Source of the DNA: Felis catus
Lineage: Eukaryota
Direction of reading: 5' to 3'
Assembly: GCF_018350175.1 (NCBI RefSeq)
Contig: NC_058368.1
Span: forward strand, 61,878,001 to 61,942,000
DNA length: 64,000 nucleotides
Position numbers and translations under genes: made by a program
In this document: piece by piece, positions 38,909 to 51,394 of the stretch
Layout of the letters: the number at the start of each line of letters is the position of its first letter
Numbering within the stretch: position 1 is the first letter of the stretch
The notes under the pieces: model-generated
The model's input: only the letters and a program-made list of their open reading frames with translations
Told to the model about the DNA's origin: nothing
The model's database searches: none

Positions 38909-39120
38909 AACGAAATTTTTTTTTTTTAAGTTTATTCACTTAGAGAAAGGGAAAACAACTCAAGTGCACAGAGTGGGGGGCAGAGCAGAGAGAGAATCCC
39001 AAGCAGGCTCAGCACTGATAGGTGGAGCTCAACTCGGGGCTGGATCCCACAATCCTGAGATCATGACCTGAGCTATAACCAAGAGTTGGACACTTAACTG
39101 ACTGAGTGAACAGGAGTCCT
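38909..39120 (-). mobile_element. CAN-SINE (older)
   Basis: SINEC body; TSD GA(G/A)AATGTCATTTTTTT at 38892 and 39121. Confidence 0.92.
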
Positions 39121-39174
39121 GAAAATGTCATTTTTTTTCTGGATGTTTTTTCATGACACTTTAAAAAATATATA

Positions 39175-39395
39175 TTTTCTTCTACTTTTTTTTTTTACAT
39201 TTATTTATTTATTTTTGAGAGAGACAGAGCACAAGTGGGGGATGGGCAGAGAGACAAAGAGACACAGAATCTGAAGCAGGCTCCAGGCTTCAAGTTGTCA
39301 GCACAGAGCCTGACGTGGGGCTAGAACTCAAAAACCATGAAATCATGACCCGAGCTGAAGTTGGATGCTCAATCCACTGAGCCACCCAGGCACCC
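39175..39395 (-). mobile_element. CAN-SINE
   Basis: SINEC body ending gagccacccaggcaccc; ACTTTAAAA..TATA on both flanks. Confidence 0.93.
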
Positions 39396-39910
39396 TGGGA
39401 CTTTAAAATATAAACAAAAAGGATACAAATGATGAAAAATGGCATAATTTATAATATGTAATTCAAAATATCTGTAGACCAAAGCACTCAAGGAGCCAAA
39501 ATTAAAGCAAATTGAAAATATTAAAATAATTGCAATATGCATTCAGTTGAAATTAATATTCTAAGGTTCTAATATTGCCCTTTTGTTGGTATAAATTGCT
39601 GCCATTTTTTGGAGGACGTTTTTATAATTTAATTTTTTTGACAAAACAATTCCACCTGAATAAATTTAATTAAACAAATAATTTACAATCCTGCAATTTC
39701 ACTGCTATAAATGTATGCTGGGGAAATACCTAAAATGCAATTTATTTATAATTCTTATATATTGTTTAAAATTGCAACAAATTAGAAGCAAAGAAACTGA
39801 ATGTACAATGAAATGGTGTAGGTAAATAAGTTTATTTCATACAACATAACATGGTAATATGTGTGAATTAGTACTATTTAGGAGAATATTTAATTAAGAG
39901 GGATCATAGG

Positions 39911-40504
39911 TGTTGAACTGTAGCAAAAATACTGTTTTTGTTCAGTTGGAGCTTTCTGAGCAAATTTTATTAAAATTTGGGACCTGGGTTAAAAGTTGAG
40001 CCTGGAAGTTAAATTATGACTGTAGCTAGTGTGAGCTGCAGAGAGATTTACCTCCCTTGAAGGTATGTGATTATATTTCAAGGAGGAATAAGACCTGGAA
40101 CTGTTGAAAACATTCCTGAGTTGTAAAACCGAAAAGGGTTTCACTTCATGTAGGAGGAATTTATTTACATTTTAAGGAGAAAAGGGTCTGGACCTTTCTC
40201 CTCGGTATTTCCAAGGAGAAATTGCTCTTGGGAGTGAAAGATCTCCTACCCAGGAGAGGAGAAGAAACAGCTATCTGTTTTCCGCATAACCACCCGGCTT
40301 CATTTTCTGTGGGCTCCTCACCTGCAGTAGACTCAGTTATGTGTACGATGACATCTGGGTCTCATCACGTTAGACCAGGGGTTAGAATTGGGGCCGCTGT
40401 GGTGATCACTTTATGCAAGTCATAATAATCTGCTCTGCTCCAGAAACCTCATGTTAACATTTCGGATAATATTAGTAAGTCTAGACATTAAAACCCAGAA
40501 TACA
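39911..40504 (+). mobile_element. Probable ERV1-type solo LTR
   Basis: TGTTGA start, ..aataca end, about 590 bp, GC-richer than flanks, internal atttatttacatttt motif common in ERV1 LTRs; no clean TSD. Confidence 0.45.
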
Positions 40505-40666
40505 CTAGTCAATGGAAACCTCCATCTTATAGACAGTGTGATCCTAGTTTTGAGCTTTGGCTTATTACTTGTGCTTGTCTATCCACAATTAATTTAGTTA
40601 GCATATATGGGTCAAAAGCTAAAATATTTAAGAATATAGTAATATGCAGTGGAAGTTTAAGGAAAA

Positions 40667-40760
40667 CAACGATTTTTTAATATTTAAGTAAACTTGGTTA
40701 CCAAGATTTTTTAATCCAGCAACGACTTTTTAATATTTAAGTAAACTTGGTTACCAAGAT
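40667..40760. repeat. 41-bp direct duplication with 12-bp spacer
   Basis: CAACGA(T/C)TTTTTAATATTTAAGTAAACTTGGTTACCAAGAT at 40667-40707 and 40720-40760. Confidence 0.97.
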
Positions 40761-40799
40761 GTAATTTATATATAAAAATGTATCCATTTAACTCTAAAA

Positions 40800-41580
40800 T
40801 ATTATATAAATGTAGTTATACAAAACAAAGTCTTTCATGGCTGGCTTTTATCGCTTCTCAGAATGCTTTTAACAGTCATCCATTTTTTTGGTTTGGTTTG
40901 TTTTTTGTGTATCTGACATTGCTGAGAGGTATTGCACTGCATGAATATACCATAATTTAGTTATCCATTCATTTGTTAATTGACATTTGGCTTGTTTCCA
41001 GTTTTGGTTCTGGAAGAAATAACTATGAGCATCCTTTGCAGAAGTCTCTACGTGAACATACACCTGCTTTTTCTTCAGTAAATACATAGGAGTGGAATTG
41101 CTGGGTCATCTGTCAAATTTATTTCTCATGTTATTAGAAACTGACAAATTATTTTCCAAAGGTCATAAGGATGTTTTACTATGCTTTCTCTAAGAAGTTA
41201 TATAGTTTTTATATATGTATAGATATATGATCCATCCACATATGATCCTTTTCTAGGTCGCTTTCTTGTAGAGTTTGAAGTAAGGTTAGAGATTCACATT
41301 TTTCCTAATTGTTTCAGCATTATTTCTTGAAGACATTATTCCTTCTGCAGTGAGTTACCTTTTCATCTATGCCAAGTATTAATTGACCATAAAAGTGTAG
41401 GTCCGTTTGGGACCCTCCACTCTGTTCTATCATTCTATGTGTTTGATAACTGTGGGTTTATACTAAGTCTTGAAACCAGGTAGTATAATCCTCTAATGTT
41501 TTTCTTTTTCAGACCTGTTTTGTGTATCTGAGATCCTTTGTGTTTTTATATATATTTTATTATCAGCTTATCAATTTCAT
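40800..41580 (-). mobile_element. Ancient L1 (L1MB/MC-type) ORF2 fragments
   Basis: Minus-strand peptide NWKQAKCQLTNEWITKLWYIH; aggagtggaattgctgggtcat; aagtcttgaaaccaggtagtataatcctcta. Confidence 0.85.
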
Positions 41581-41854
41581 TAATAAATGAATTAGACTAT
41601 TGATAAGCTTAAAGTTATTTGAAACTAAAAATCACCCAAAAGAAGGTATATACAAATGTATGTTCACAATTGTCTTTTACAATTCGGAGTGTAGTTCTAA
41701 GACTAGATTTTGATTATCAAGCACTGTATTTAATAATGTATAGTGTAAGCAGTATGGCCCCACATACCTCATTTATATCTGCATATGTATTACTTTAAAA
41801 ACATGCTTATACCAATTGCAGTTGAATATATTTTACTTTAAAAATGCTTTTTTA

Positions 41855-42133
41855 GGGGCGAATGGGTTGCTTAGTTGGTTAAGCACCACTCTTGATTTCG
41901 ACTCAGGTCATGATCTCGCAGTTTGTGAGTTCAAGCCCCGTGTCGGGTTCTGCACTGACAGTGTGGAGCCTGCCTGGGATTCTCTCTCTTTCCCTCTTTT
42001 TCTGTCCCTCCCCTGCTCGTGCTCTCCTCTGTGTCTCTCTTTCAAAATATATAAACTTTAAAATAAAATAAAATAAAATAAAATAAAATAAAATAAAATA
42101 AAATAAAATAAATAAAATAAAATAAAATAAAAT
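41855..42133 (+). mobile_element. CAN-SINE with long (TAAAA)n tail
   Basis: SINEC body; TSD AAAAATGCTTTTTTA at 41840 and 42134. Confidence 0.95.
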
Positions 42134-42654
42134 AAAAATGCTTTTTTAGAGAACTTTTATCCAAAATCTTTCTTTTCTTTTTGTGGGGAGAGGGAAAGCA
42201 GGTAATTCGATTATATTTCCCAAACAGCTAAAATGTGAAATGTATTGAAACTTTTATGTATTTAAAGCAAGATTTTGAACAAAAATGCTGTTTAATATCT
42301 TTTAATGAGGAGGAATAAAAAATAAGGGACTGAATATACTGCACTTGTTAGTCATTTTGCAAAGGAGAAAGCATTTTGTAGTTATGCAGTTTTGTATTAA
42401 GAAAAATGTATTCTCATGCACAGAAATCTCAGATTCAGTTTGGATTTCTATGACATTGAAATGTATCTTCATAATTTCATATAATTAATTTTCAAAAATT
42501 ATGCTTTCACATTATTTGTATCTACTGGAAATTTTATAGATGTCTGAGTTTATGACCACCTAGTATAAAAATAATCTTTAAAGAAAGATTTGTACAAATC
42601 CTTTTTATACTCTACTTGTAGCGTTTCTAATTTCTCGTAACTCTTATCTCTTTC

Positions 42655-42810
42655 AGGGCACTTGTGTGGCTCAGTTGGTTAAGCATCTGACTCTTGATTA
42701 TGGCTCAGGTCATGGTCTCATCGTTGGTGAGTTCAAGCCCCACATTGTCAACACAGAGCCTGCTTAGAATTCTCTCTCTCCCTCTCTCTCTCTACCCCTC
42801 CCCTGCTCAT

Positions 42811-42844
<34 letters not shown>

Positions 42845-42880
42845 AATCTCTCTCAAAATAAATCAATTAATTAAAAATAA
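42655..42880 (+). mobile_element. CAN-SINE with internal deletion
   Basis: gggcacttgtgtggctcagttggttaagc head, (CT)n, A-rich tail. Confidence 0.92.
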
Positions 42881-43455
42881 AACCCTGAAACCCTTACTTC
42901 TCTTAACTCTCCTCTAACTTGTAATCATTATTAATAAATATTATATGCCAAAATTTTGAATGTGATGTATTTACTTTAAAGGATATTTATACAAACAAGC
43001 GCCAGTAGTTAGTTTATTTACTTAATTGGTACTAAAATTAATAAATGCATTCTTGACTTTTCTGAGTGCCATGAACTCCAGGTTCTTTTAAACACACTTT
43101 TGAATGATGATATAGAAACAGATTATGTAACTGAATGTCAAATTAATGTTTAACAAAATTGATGTTTATTAATGAAATCACTGTCAATTGAAATTAGTTG
43201 AGAATGGTGTATGAAAAAGGTTTGTTGGTTGATACTTGGATAAATAAATGATAAAGAGGTAAAGAAGAATGAGGGCAAATCTAGTTATTAAACATTTGAA
43301 CCAAAGTACTGGGAAACAAAGTCTTTCTACCATGTATTTACCTAATGACATTCACTGAGTACAAACTGGCATCTGTTGTGTGTTCTTATGCTATGGAACA
43401 AAAATAAGGAACAAAAAAACATCTTCCTGCCTTCATGGAGCTTATAGTCTAGAAC

Positions 43456-44159
43456 CAGGGCTCAGCTAATTTGATAAAGGACCAGATAGTCAATAGTGTG
43501 AGCTTGTGGACCAAAAGGCAATGCCAAGGATATTATACATGTACTTAACTAACAAGATAGAAAATAAATATCTATAATGTTTTACAGATGAAATTTAAAA
43601 TAAGATAATAATAATTAAGATGAATAAAATCAATGAATATAGTTGGGCTGAAGTAGGTAGGAGTCAGAGGGCAGACAGCAAGGGTGTGGCCGGCAGAAAA
43701 CAGCAAAGTCGAGATGACCATTTTGGGAGAGAAAAGAATGCACTCATGTCTCCAGTGGAAAGGATTCTTGAGTGTTCAGTTATGCTCAAAGACCAAAAGG
43801 AGATCAAAAATACCTGGAGTCAGTGGATGTGGAATGTAAAGGCATCTACATAAGAGTAAAACACATAAGTTAGAGAGCACGAGTAAAGCATATGAAGGCA
43901 CATTCTGATCTCTGATGCAATTACTCTGCAACTGTAGCTTGAAAGCAGCCATAGACAGTATGTAAAAGAATAGATATGGTTCTGTTCCAATGAAATTTTA
44001 TTTATGGGCACTGATATTTGAATCCTAGATCGTTCTAAAATGTGAAACAAAATCTTTTTTTATTTATTTACCCATTTAAAATGTAAAAACCATTCTAGCT
44101 CATATACAAATGGGCAGTGGGGTACAATTGGCTCACAGGCCATGATTTGTTGGCCTCTG
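43456..44159. mobile_element. hAT-Charlie MER58/Cheshire-type DNA transposon relic, inserted at the end of an L2 fragment
   Basis: Left end cagggctcagctaa..taaaggaccagatagtcaata; right part aaagcagccatagacagtatgtaaa..tgttccaatgaaattttattt..aggccatgatttgttggcctctg; preceded by GTCTAGAA, a Charlie-type target. Confidence 0.75.
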
Positions 44160-44236
44160 GTTGGAAGCAGTCTATGACGGCATAAAAAATGATATGCACT
44201 TTGCCTTTGTTTTTCAAACTAACTAGCTAGCTAACT

Positions 44237-44309
44237 ATATATATGTATATATATATATATATATATTTATATGTGTATATATATATATATGTATGTATAT
44301 ACATATATA
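44237..44309. repeat. (TA)n-rich compound microsatellite
   Basis: TA run with tg interruptions. Confidence 0.9.
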
Positions 44310-45872
44310 GTTAATTAAGAGGCCAATTAAGGTGTATTTTATGCACATGCTTTCTACCAATTTTAAAATAAAACTTGTGAAAACCCATCAACCTATAAAC
44401 TAAATAAGTCCATAATAACATAAAGCTTAAATCTTTAAAAATCAATAAATAACTAATAACATCATATAATAGAAAATAAATATATTGATTGCAATTGGTC
44501 AGTAAGGAATCTATACCTAACTGAATGAAGTATCAAAAAGTTTGTGTTTCATATACATTTTTAAAAATTTGTTCTTTGTTCATGCCAAATTAATAATCCT
44601 AACTCCCATTATCGTGTTCAGTCTGACCATTTGGGAAATCAATAACCATATCAACACTAAATAACTGCAGGGTTGAATGCATCAGTCTGGGAGATATTAG
44701 TGAGCAGATTACAATTCTCTTCTCAAGTACAAGGCGTGAAGTTCTCAGCAGGACAAGCAGTGAGACGTTCCTGAAATCTGGAGTTCGGGGCGGGGAGGAA
44801 CATTTCATTTACTCTAACAAGTAGTTTGTTATTCATCCCATTACTTGGAAAGGTAGATGGGGTTCTGTGGTAAGAGTGTACCAGCTGAAGGCTTCAGAGA
44901 GAGCACCGTTCCGTAATAAATTGAAGTTGCTCTGAGTACCTTCCGATTCCTGTTTTATTCACAGAGAATTTTTGCAGGAAATAATATACCACTGATTTTG
45001 ATTGGAAGCAGGGAAAAAAATATATATGCTGTGTTCTGATTCATATATCCCAGCATTAAACTTCGTAACTACAGCAGTGCTGATTATAGGCCCAGATTTT
45101 TCTGACTTATTTTTTAAAACCAATCTTACTCCATCTCTTCAATGACACCCTCAGGAAACACAGACTTAAGATTCTCATTACATCATTTTTTTTTTCACTC
45201 CTGTATGTACAGACATATACCCTGCTAAAGCAGAAATGTGAATTTAATCAGATGCAATACAGCATCTTTAAAAAGATAGCACATATCTAACACCTGTCAG
45301 CTCATCAATGTTTGGTCTACTACTCTACAAATTACTACATATATCATTCCTGACACTTAAACTGATGTGGAGAATAAAACACAGCTTATAAATTTTGTAA
45401 GACACATGCAGCAGAGTATATGTTCTCAAGTTTGGTCTTAGATGCTTAAAAAGTAATGGAAACCTAAAACCATTTTTGTTTATCTGGGTTGTGTTATGCA
45501 TGTGCATAACAAGTAAATTAAAACGGCAAAGTTTAAAAATACACAGAGAGACAGGACATGAATGATAGTAACATAAGCAGGGAACAATAGATCAGCCAAT
45601 TAAATAAGACAGTTGTCTAGGACAGATACATTGAATATGCACCCTGGAGCTTCTTCTGTGCTTCTCAGCATAGAAGCCAAGGAAATCTAAAGGCACTTTA
45701 AAAACCAGAGACACAAACTGAACACTCCAGACACCCAGGAAAGATTTTGTCATGCCAGCAGCGATTTTAGTTGTGGTTGTTCTATTGTATTTTAAGATGT
45801 TGGATTATGTCAATTGAGAATCTTTTGGAACTTCCATGATGACATCTTGAAAAGTTGACCATAAACTATTTT

Positions 45873-46087
45873 TTTTAATTTTTTTAACGTTTATTTATTT
45901 TTGAGACAGAGAGAGACAGAGCATGAACAGGGGAGGGGCAGAGAGAGAGGGAGACACAGAATCTGAAACAGGCTCCAGGCTCTGAGCTGTCAGCACAGAG
46001 CCCGACGCGGGGCTCGAACTCACGGACCGTGAGATCATGACCTGAGCCGAAGTCAGACGCTTAACCGACCAAGCCACCCAGGCGCCC
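45873..46087 (-). mobile_element. Feline SINE, low divergence
   Basis: CpG-retaining body; perfect 17-bp TSD TGACCATAAACTATTTT at 45856 and 46088. Confidence 0.97.
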
Positions 46088-46591
46088 TGACCATAAACTA
46101 TTTTAAACACTTGAAAATTTTCAGCTCTAAAAATGAGAACATCTAAAGGAAACATAACATTTCTCCCAATTAGTTGTCAGATGCTATCTGTCTCACATAT
46201 TTGGCCTACCATCCTTGAATATTTGTTTATTTTACTTGATTCTATTTTTATGTAAATCTCAGGCACTTAAATATCAGAGTGTTTATGCTAAAATATTATT
46301 TTAAAGCAACATTTATTGAATTTCAATATTTATTTCCTATATTATTTTTCAGATCATTAAGATTAAATGAAAAGTGTAAAACATAAGGTATTTATTAGAA
46401 TGAAATAAACCAAAATAAACTGTGATGTGATTCCATTTATCCAAAATATGAAAAATGGACAACTCTTTTGGTGATTAAATATATAAGAATAAAATCAAAC
46501 AATGCCATTAAAGCATTATTTTTAAAATTTAGATTGTTGTAAATAGAGTTAATCATTCAATTAATAAATTCCTATTCTCTTTAAGAAACAC

Positions 46592-46886
46592 TACTGTCAG
46601 CCTGTCAGCATAGAGCCTGCTTTGGATCCTCTGTCCTCCTCTCTCAGTCCCTCCCTTTCTTATGCTCTCCCTAAAATAAATAAATACAATCTAAAAAATT
46701 TTAAAAAGAACTACCCTAGGACCCAGCAATTGTTCTACTATGTATTTACTAAAAGCATACAACAAATGCTGATTCTAAGGGGTACATGCACTCCAATGTT
46801 TATAACAGCATTATCAACAATAGTCAAATTATGGAAAGAGCCCAAATGTCCATCGACTGATGAATGGATAAAGATGTGTGTGTGTG

Positions 46887-46918
<32 letters not shown>

Positions 46919-46945
46919 ATGAAATATTAATCAACCATAAAAAAG
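46592..46945 (+). mobile_element. 3' half of a CAN-SINE followed directly by an internal L1 ORF2 fragment
   Basis: ctgtcagcatagagcctgc..(CT)..aaaataaataaa then gaactaccctaggacccagcaattg; peptide [35 protein letters not shown]. Confidence 0.85.
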
Positions 46946-47756
46946 AGAGTGTGTTTTTATTTTTTACTGCTTCAAATATTTAATCCTATTTCCTCGCTCT
47001 CAAATATTTACCAGTTTCTTTCGCTATCTTAATTTCTTGTCTTTAAATATGTCTAAATATGTTGCTTCCGGATATAGTAGAGTAGTAAAGTCAACTTACT
47101 AGTCTTTATTTACATTCTTATCCTGGTTGCTTTTGTTTACTCCATTTGTCTGCCACATGTTTGAAATTTTAATACCTTTAGTTTCCTTCCTTACTCTGTA
47201 CCCACAATTTAATATGACCTAAATTGTAGTACCATACCCAATAATTATTTTGTAAATTATTTTCCATGTCCAGGCATATGTATATATATATACATAGATA
47301 GTCACTTCTTTGAAAATGCATCAGATATAAAAGACTACCATTTTTATATAGAGTATCCATTTTATCCCTTTCTCTGCTGCATTCTATAATCTTACAAAAA
47401 GATCAACTTAATTGAAGATAATACTGATGAGTGCATATTTTAATAAACTCTTCTATCAAGAAGAAATATTCTAGAGTTTTTTATACATTTTCCATTTACT
47501 TAGGTCTGAGAATGTTATCCTAAAGGCAATACTATTTAAGAAACAAACAAATCAAACAAATGAAAAAATTAATAAAAATTCAGATGTTAACATTTAAAAT
47601 TCTTCATACTTATTTAATTTAGTAAGAAAATTTCGAACTTTAGAATACATAAGGACTGTTTTAGCATTTTTATGCATAATGCCCTGTATATGAAATGTTT
47701 TTCCAAATTGTTTATAATTTAGGGCCTTAAGTCATACTATCTCTGAAACTAATAGA

Positions 47757-47962
47757 TGTAATACATATATGTGTACATATATATATTATATATATGTATA
47801 TATATGTACATATATATACATATATATGTATACATACATACATATATGTATACATATATATGTATATATATGTATATACATATATACATATATACGTATA
47901 TATATATATACATGTATATGTATATATATATATATATATACATGTATATGTATATATATATA
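47757..47962. repeat. About 200-bp (TA)/(TG)/(CA) compound microsatellite
   Basis: Almost uninterrupted purine-pyrimidine alternation. Confidence 0.97.
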
Positions 47963-48699
47963 ATCTGACTATTCACTTTTCAAGACCAGGTAGACTAAAT
48001 GTGAATAGGGAGGTTTATAATGGGATATCACTTTGACAGTAATGAAAAATAACAGCTGACACACTGATTGCACAGAGAGAGAGAATGACAAACAACACCC
48101 TCAAAAATGCACAAAGCTTAGACATCAAGAAAATTTAGCAGAGTGAGTTATTTATATATTTACTTGGGTTCTGTGGATGTGTTGTATTATAAGAGGATGT
48201 AAAATAGACATTCTCAACAGTCACCTGAAATCATTAAGATAACTTAAATCTATTTTGAATATTTGTCTTATATCAGTGGGGAATATTGCCCTTGCCTATT
48301 TCATCCTTGCGTCAGCTATTGCCAATGAGCAGTTGTAATAAAAAAATGTAGAGTCTTTGTATTAAAAGACACCACTTCCTGAAAGTATTCATTCAATTAA
48401 ATAATAAAAATAAAATAATAATAATAATAATAATAGAATGTGCATTTAATGAAATTCAATTGCCTTCTTTTCCTTAACTCCTAGGTGTAGATCTCATGAA
48501 ATTATTAGGGTTATTTAGGCATGTTGTCTTATGCAAGAAGTCTGAAACACAGCCCACTAAGTTCATATTTATATTTACACAATTGGATAAATTAAAAAGG
48601 ACTGATAAGTTTACAAATGTATTTGATAACATGTTATAGTCACAAATTCTTTCTAAAAATGAACCTACCTACTAGTGAGTGCTACTAGACATTAAGGGT

Positions 48700-48741
48700 T
48701 TGGTTTTTTTTTTCATTTTTTAAATGTTTATTTATTTTTGA

Positions 48742-48796
<55 letters not shown>

Positions 48797-48966
48797 GCAA
48801 ACAGAGTGTGAGCTGTGAGCAGGGCAGGGGCACAGAGAGGAAGACATAAAATAAAATCCAAAGTAGGCTTCGGTCTCTGAGCTGTTACAACAGAGTCCAT
48901 GGCAGGGATCGAAATCACGAACTGTGAGATCATGATCTGAGCCTAAGTTTGACGCTTAACAGACTC
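48700..48966 (-). mobile_element. CAN-SINE with (GAAA)n expansion and deleted 5' head
   Basis: SINEC body ends gacgcttaacagact|cc, lacking gagccacccaggcg; CTAGACATTA at 48685 and 48967. Confidence 0.9.
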
Positions 48967-49629
48967 CTAGACATTATTTTTTAAAAATAAACAGCATAAA
49001 TATTTATGTCTAGCAGATCAAATATACTTGAAAACATTTCATCCTATACCAAAATGGTGTAATACTGTTCAAAACCAGATATTGTAAGTAGAAATCTTTA
49101 ATGGCTAACACTATAGTTGGTACTATCACTATTTACTCTTTCCATGTCAAATTTAATTGCAAGTATCAAATGAGTATTATGTCTTCAGCAGATACACATA
49201 TCTTTTCATTGTCTTTTAAAGAAATATTTGGTTTATATACCAGAGAAGATACATTGAGTGTTCACCAAAACAAATACATGTCAGCATTCTTAGCTTTCAA
49301 TAGAAGAATGAAACCTTAAGCCTTGATCATTTATTTCTTAAGCATATATAAATTTGTCAGCATACAGTAAAGAATATTTATACCTCAGACACTTCTCTGT
49401 TTAACATATCTTCTTAAATATATATTTTAGGAAGGTCTGTCAAATATTTTTTATGATAGGTCAAATTGTATAGTTGAAACCAATATAATTGTATTATCTT
49501 TAGAACTACTAAAGAACTTTGATAGCCAATAAGATCAAATCTATTCTATAAAAAGCAAGAAGGTAAGATATGTGTAAGATAACTGTATAAGAGATGGAAT
49601 TATCAGGGACTAGCATATTATTCTATTTA

Positions 49630-49655
49630 AAAAATAATTGTGTTTATTTATTTTG

Positions 49656-49690
<35 letters not shown>

Positions 49691-49840
49691 AGGGGAGAAA
49701 CAAAGAGAGAGAGGGAGGGAGAGAGAGAATCCCAAGCAGGCTCTGTGCCAATGTGGGGCTCAAACCCATGAACCATGAGATCATGACCTGATCAAAATGA
49801 AAAGTAGGATGAATAACTGGCTGAGTCACCCAGGCATCCT
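49630..49840 (-). mobile_element. CAN-SINE (older)
   Basis: (GA)n, gaatcccaagcaggctc, catgagatcatgacctga, ctgagtcacccaggcatcc. Confidence 0.9.
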
Positions 49841-49919
49841 CCTATTTTTTTTTTTTTAGTATTTTTTAGCCTATTATTCTTGATTTGCCCATTGCCTATG
49901 AATAAATTGACCTATTTTA

Positions 49920-50130
49920 GGGGCACCTGGGTGGCTCAAACGGTTAAGCATCTGACTTCGGCTCAGGTCATGATCCACAGTTTATGTGTTCGAGCCTCAT
50001 GTTGGGCTCTGTGCGGACAGCTCGGAGCCTGGAGCCTGCTTCAATTCTGTGTCTCCCTCCCTCTCTGCTCCTCCCTGGCTCACACTCTCTTTCTCTCCCT
50101 CAAAAATAAATAAACATTAAAAAATAATAA
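49920..50130 (+). mobile_element. CAN-SINE
   Basis: SINEC body; 19-bp TSD AATAAAT(T/G)GACCTATTTTA at 49901 and 50131. Confidence 0.96.
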
Positions 50131-50642
50131 AATAAATGGACCTATTTTATTTCCTGGTGAGACATTGTAAAAAGGATTCATAGGAGTCAATAAATGATTT
50201 AATAACAGTAAAACACTATGCATATATTGACAACTATTTCCATTCTAAAAGTGACATGAATAGAACATACAAATATAGGCGCCCATGGCCCAGGATGGGA
50301 ATATAAGGAGCAGGAACTATGGTAAATATCTATTTTTCCTTTTAATTTTTTCCATGCTGTTATTAAAGTGACATGATAAACATGATTAACCTATGCAAAT
50401 ACATAAGGTAGAACTAAAATTGCATTGTTACAACTCTTAAATCTACTTAAAAGCTATCTGCAAGACATAAGAGATCATACAAGGGACACGTTTAGATTTT
50501 TTAATGTTTTTAGCTATTATATATCTATCAAGTTAAAATCTCCTAAAACTACATTTGGTTTACAACTCTCTGGCTTCCTATAGTAACCTGTTGGCATGGC
50601 TCCAATTCCATATAATATTCATTTGAATTGATGGAATTTATT

Positions 50643-51394
50643 TTTTTCTTTTTTTTTCCAATTTTATTTTTTTAATTTACATCCAAATTAGTTAGCATAC
50701 AGCGCAACAGTGAGTTCAGGAATAGATTCCTTAATGCCCCTTAGCCATTTAGCCCATCCCCCATCCTGCAAATCCTCCTCTAACTCTGTGTTTGTTCTCC
50801 ATATTTAAGAGTATCTTCTGTTTTGTTCCCCTCCCTGTTTTTATGTTATTTTTGCTTCTCTTCCCTTTTGTTCATCTGTTCTGTGTCTTAAAGTTCTCAT
50901 ATGAGTGAAGTCATATGATGTTTGTCTTTCTCTGACTAATTTCGCTTAGCATAATACCCTCTAGTTCCATCCATGTAGTTGCGAATGGCAAGATTTCATT
51001 CTTTTTGATTGAGTAGCAATTTACATATTCAATGCAATCCCTATCAAAATAACACCAGCATTCTTCACAGAGCTAGAACAAACAATCCTAAAATTTGTAC
51101 AGAACCAGAAAAGACCCCGAATAGCCAAAGCAATCTTGAAAAAGAGAACCAAAGCAGGAGGCATCACAATCCTGGGCTTCAAGCTATACTACAAAGCTGT
51201 AACCATCAAGACAGTATGGTACTGGCACAAAAACAGACACTCAGATCAATGGAACAGAATAGAGAACCCAGAAATGGACCCACAAACATGCGGCCAACTA
51301 ATCTCTGACAAAGCAGGAAAGAATATCCAATGGAATAAAGACAGGCTCTTCAGCAAGTGCTGTTGGGAAAACTGGACAGTGGCATGCAGAAGGA
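50643..51394 (-). mobile_element. Feline L1, 5'-inverted with internal deletion
   Basis: 50643-51011 is antisense poly(A), 3' UTR and ORF2 end; about 51015-51394 is sense ORF2 ([51 protein letters not shown]); TSD TGAT(G/T)GAATT(T/C)ATT at 50629 and 51395. Confidence 0.92.

Noticed and set aside
40667..40760. CRISPR-like repeat-spacer-repeat with a palindromic repeat
   Set aside because: Mammalian context, only two copies, a 12-bp spacer and no cas genes; reported as a local duplication.
47749..48036. Four overlapping Tyr/Ile-rich ORFs
   Set aside because: Artefact of the stop-free TA/TG/CA microsatellite.
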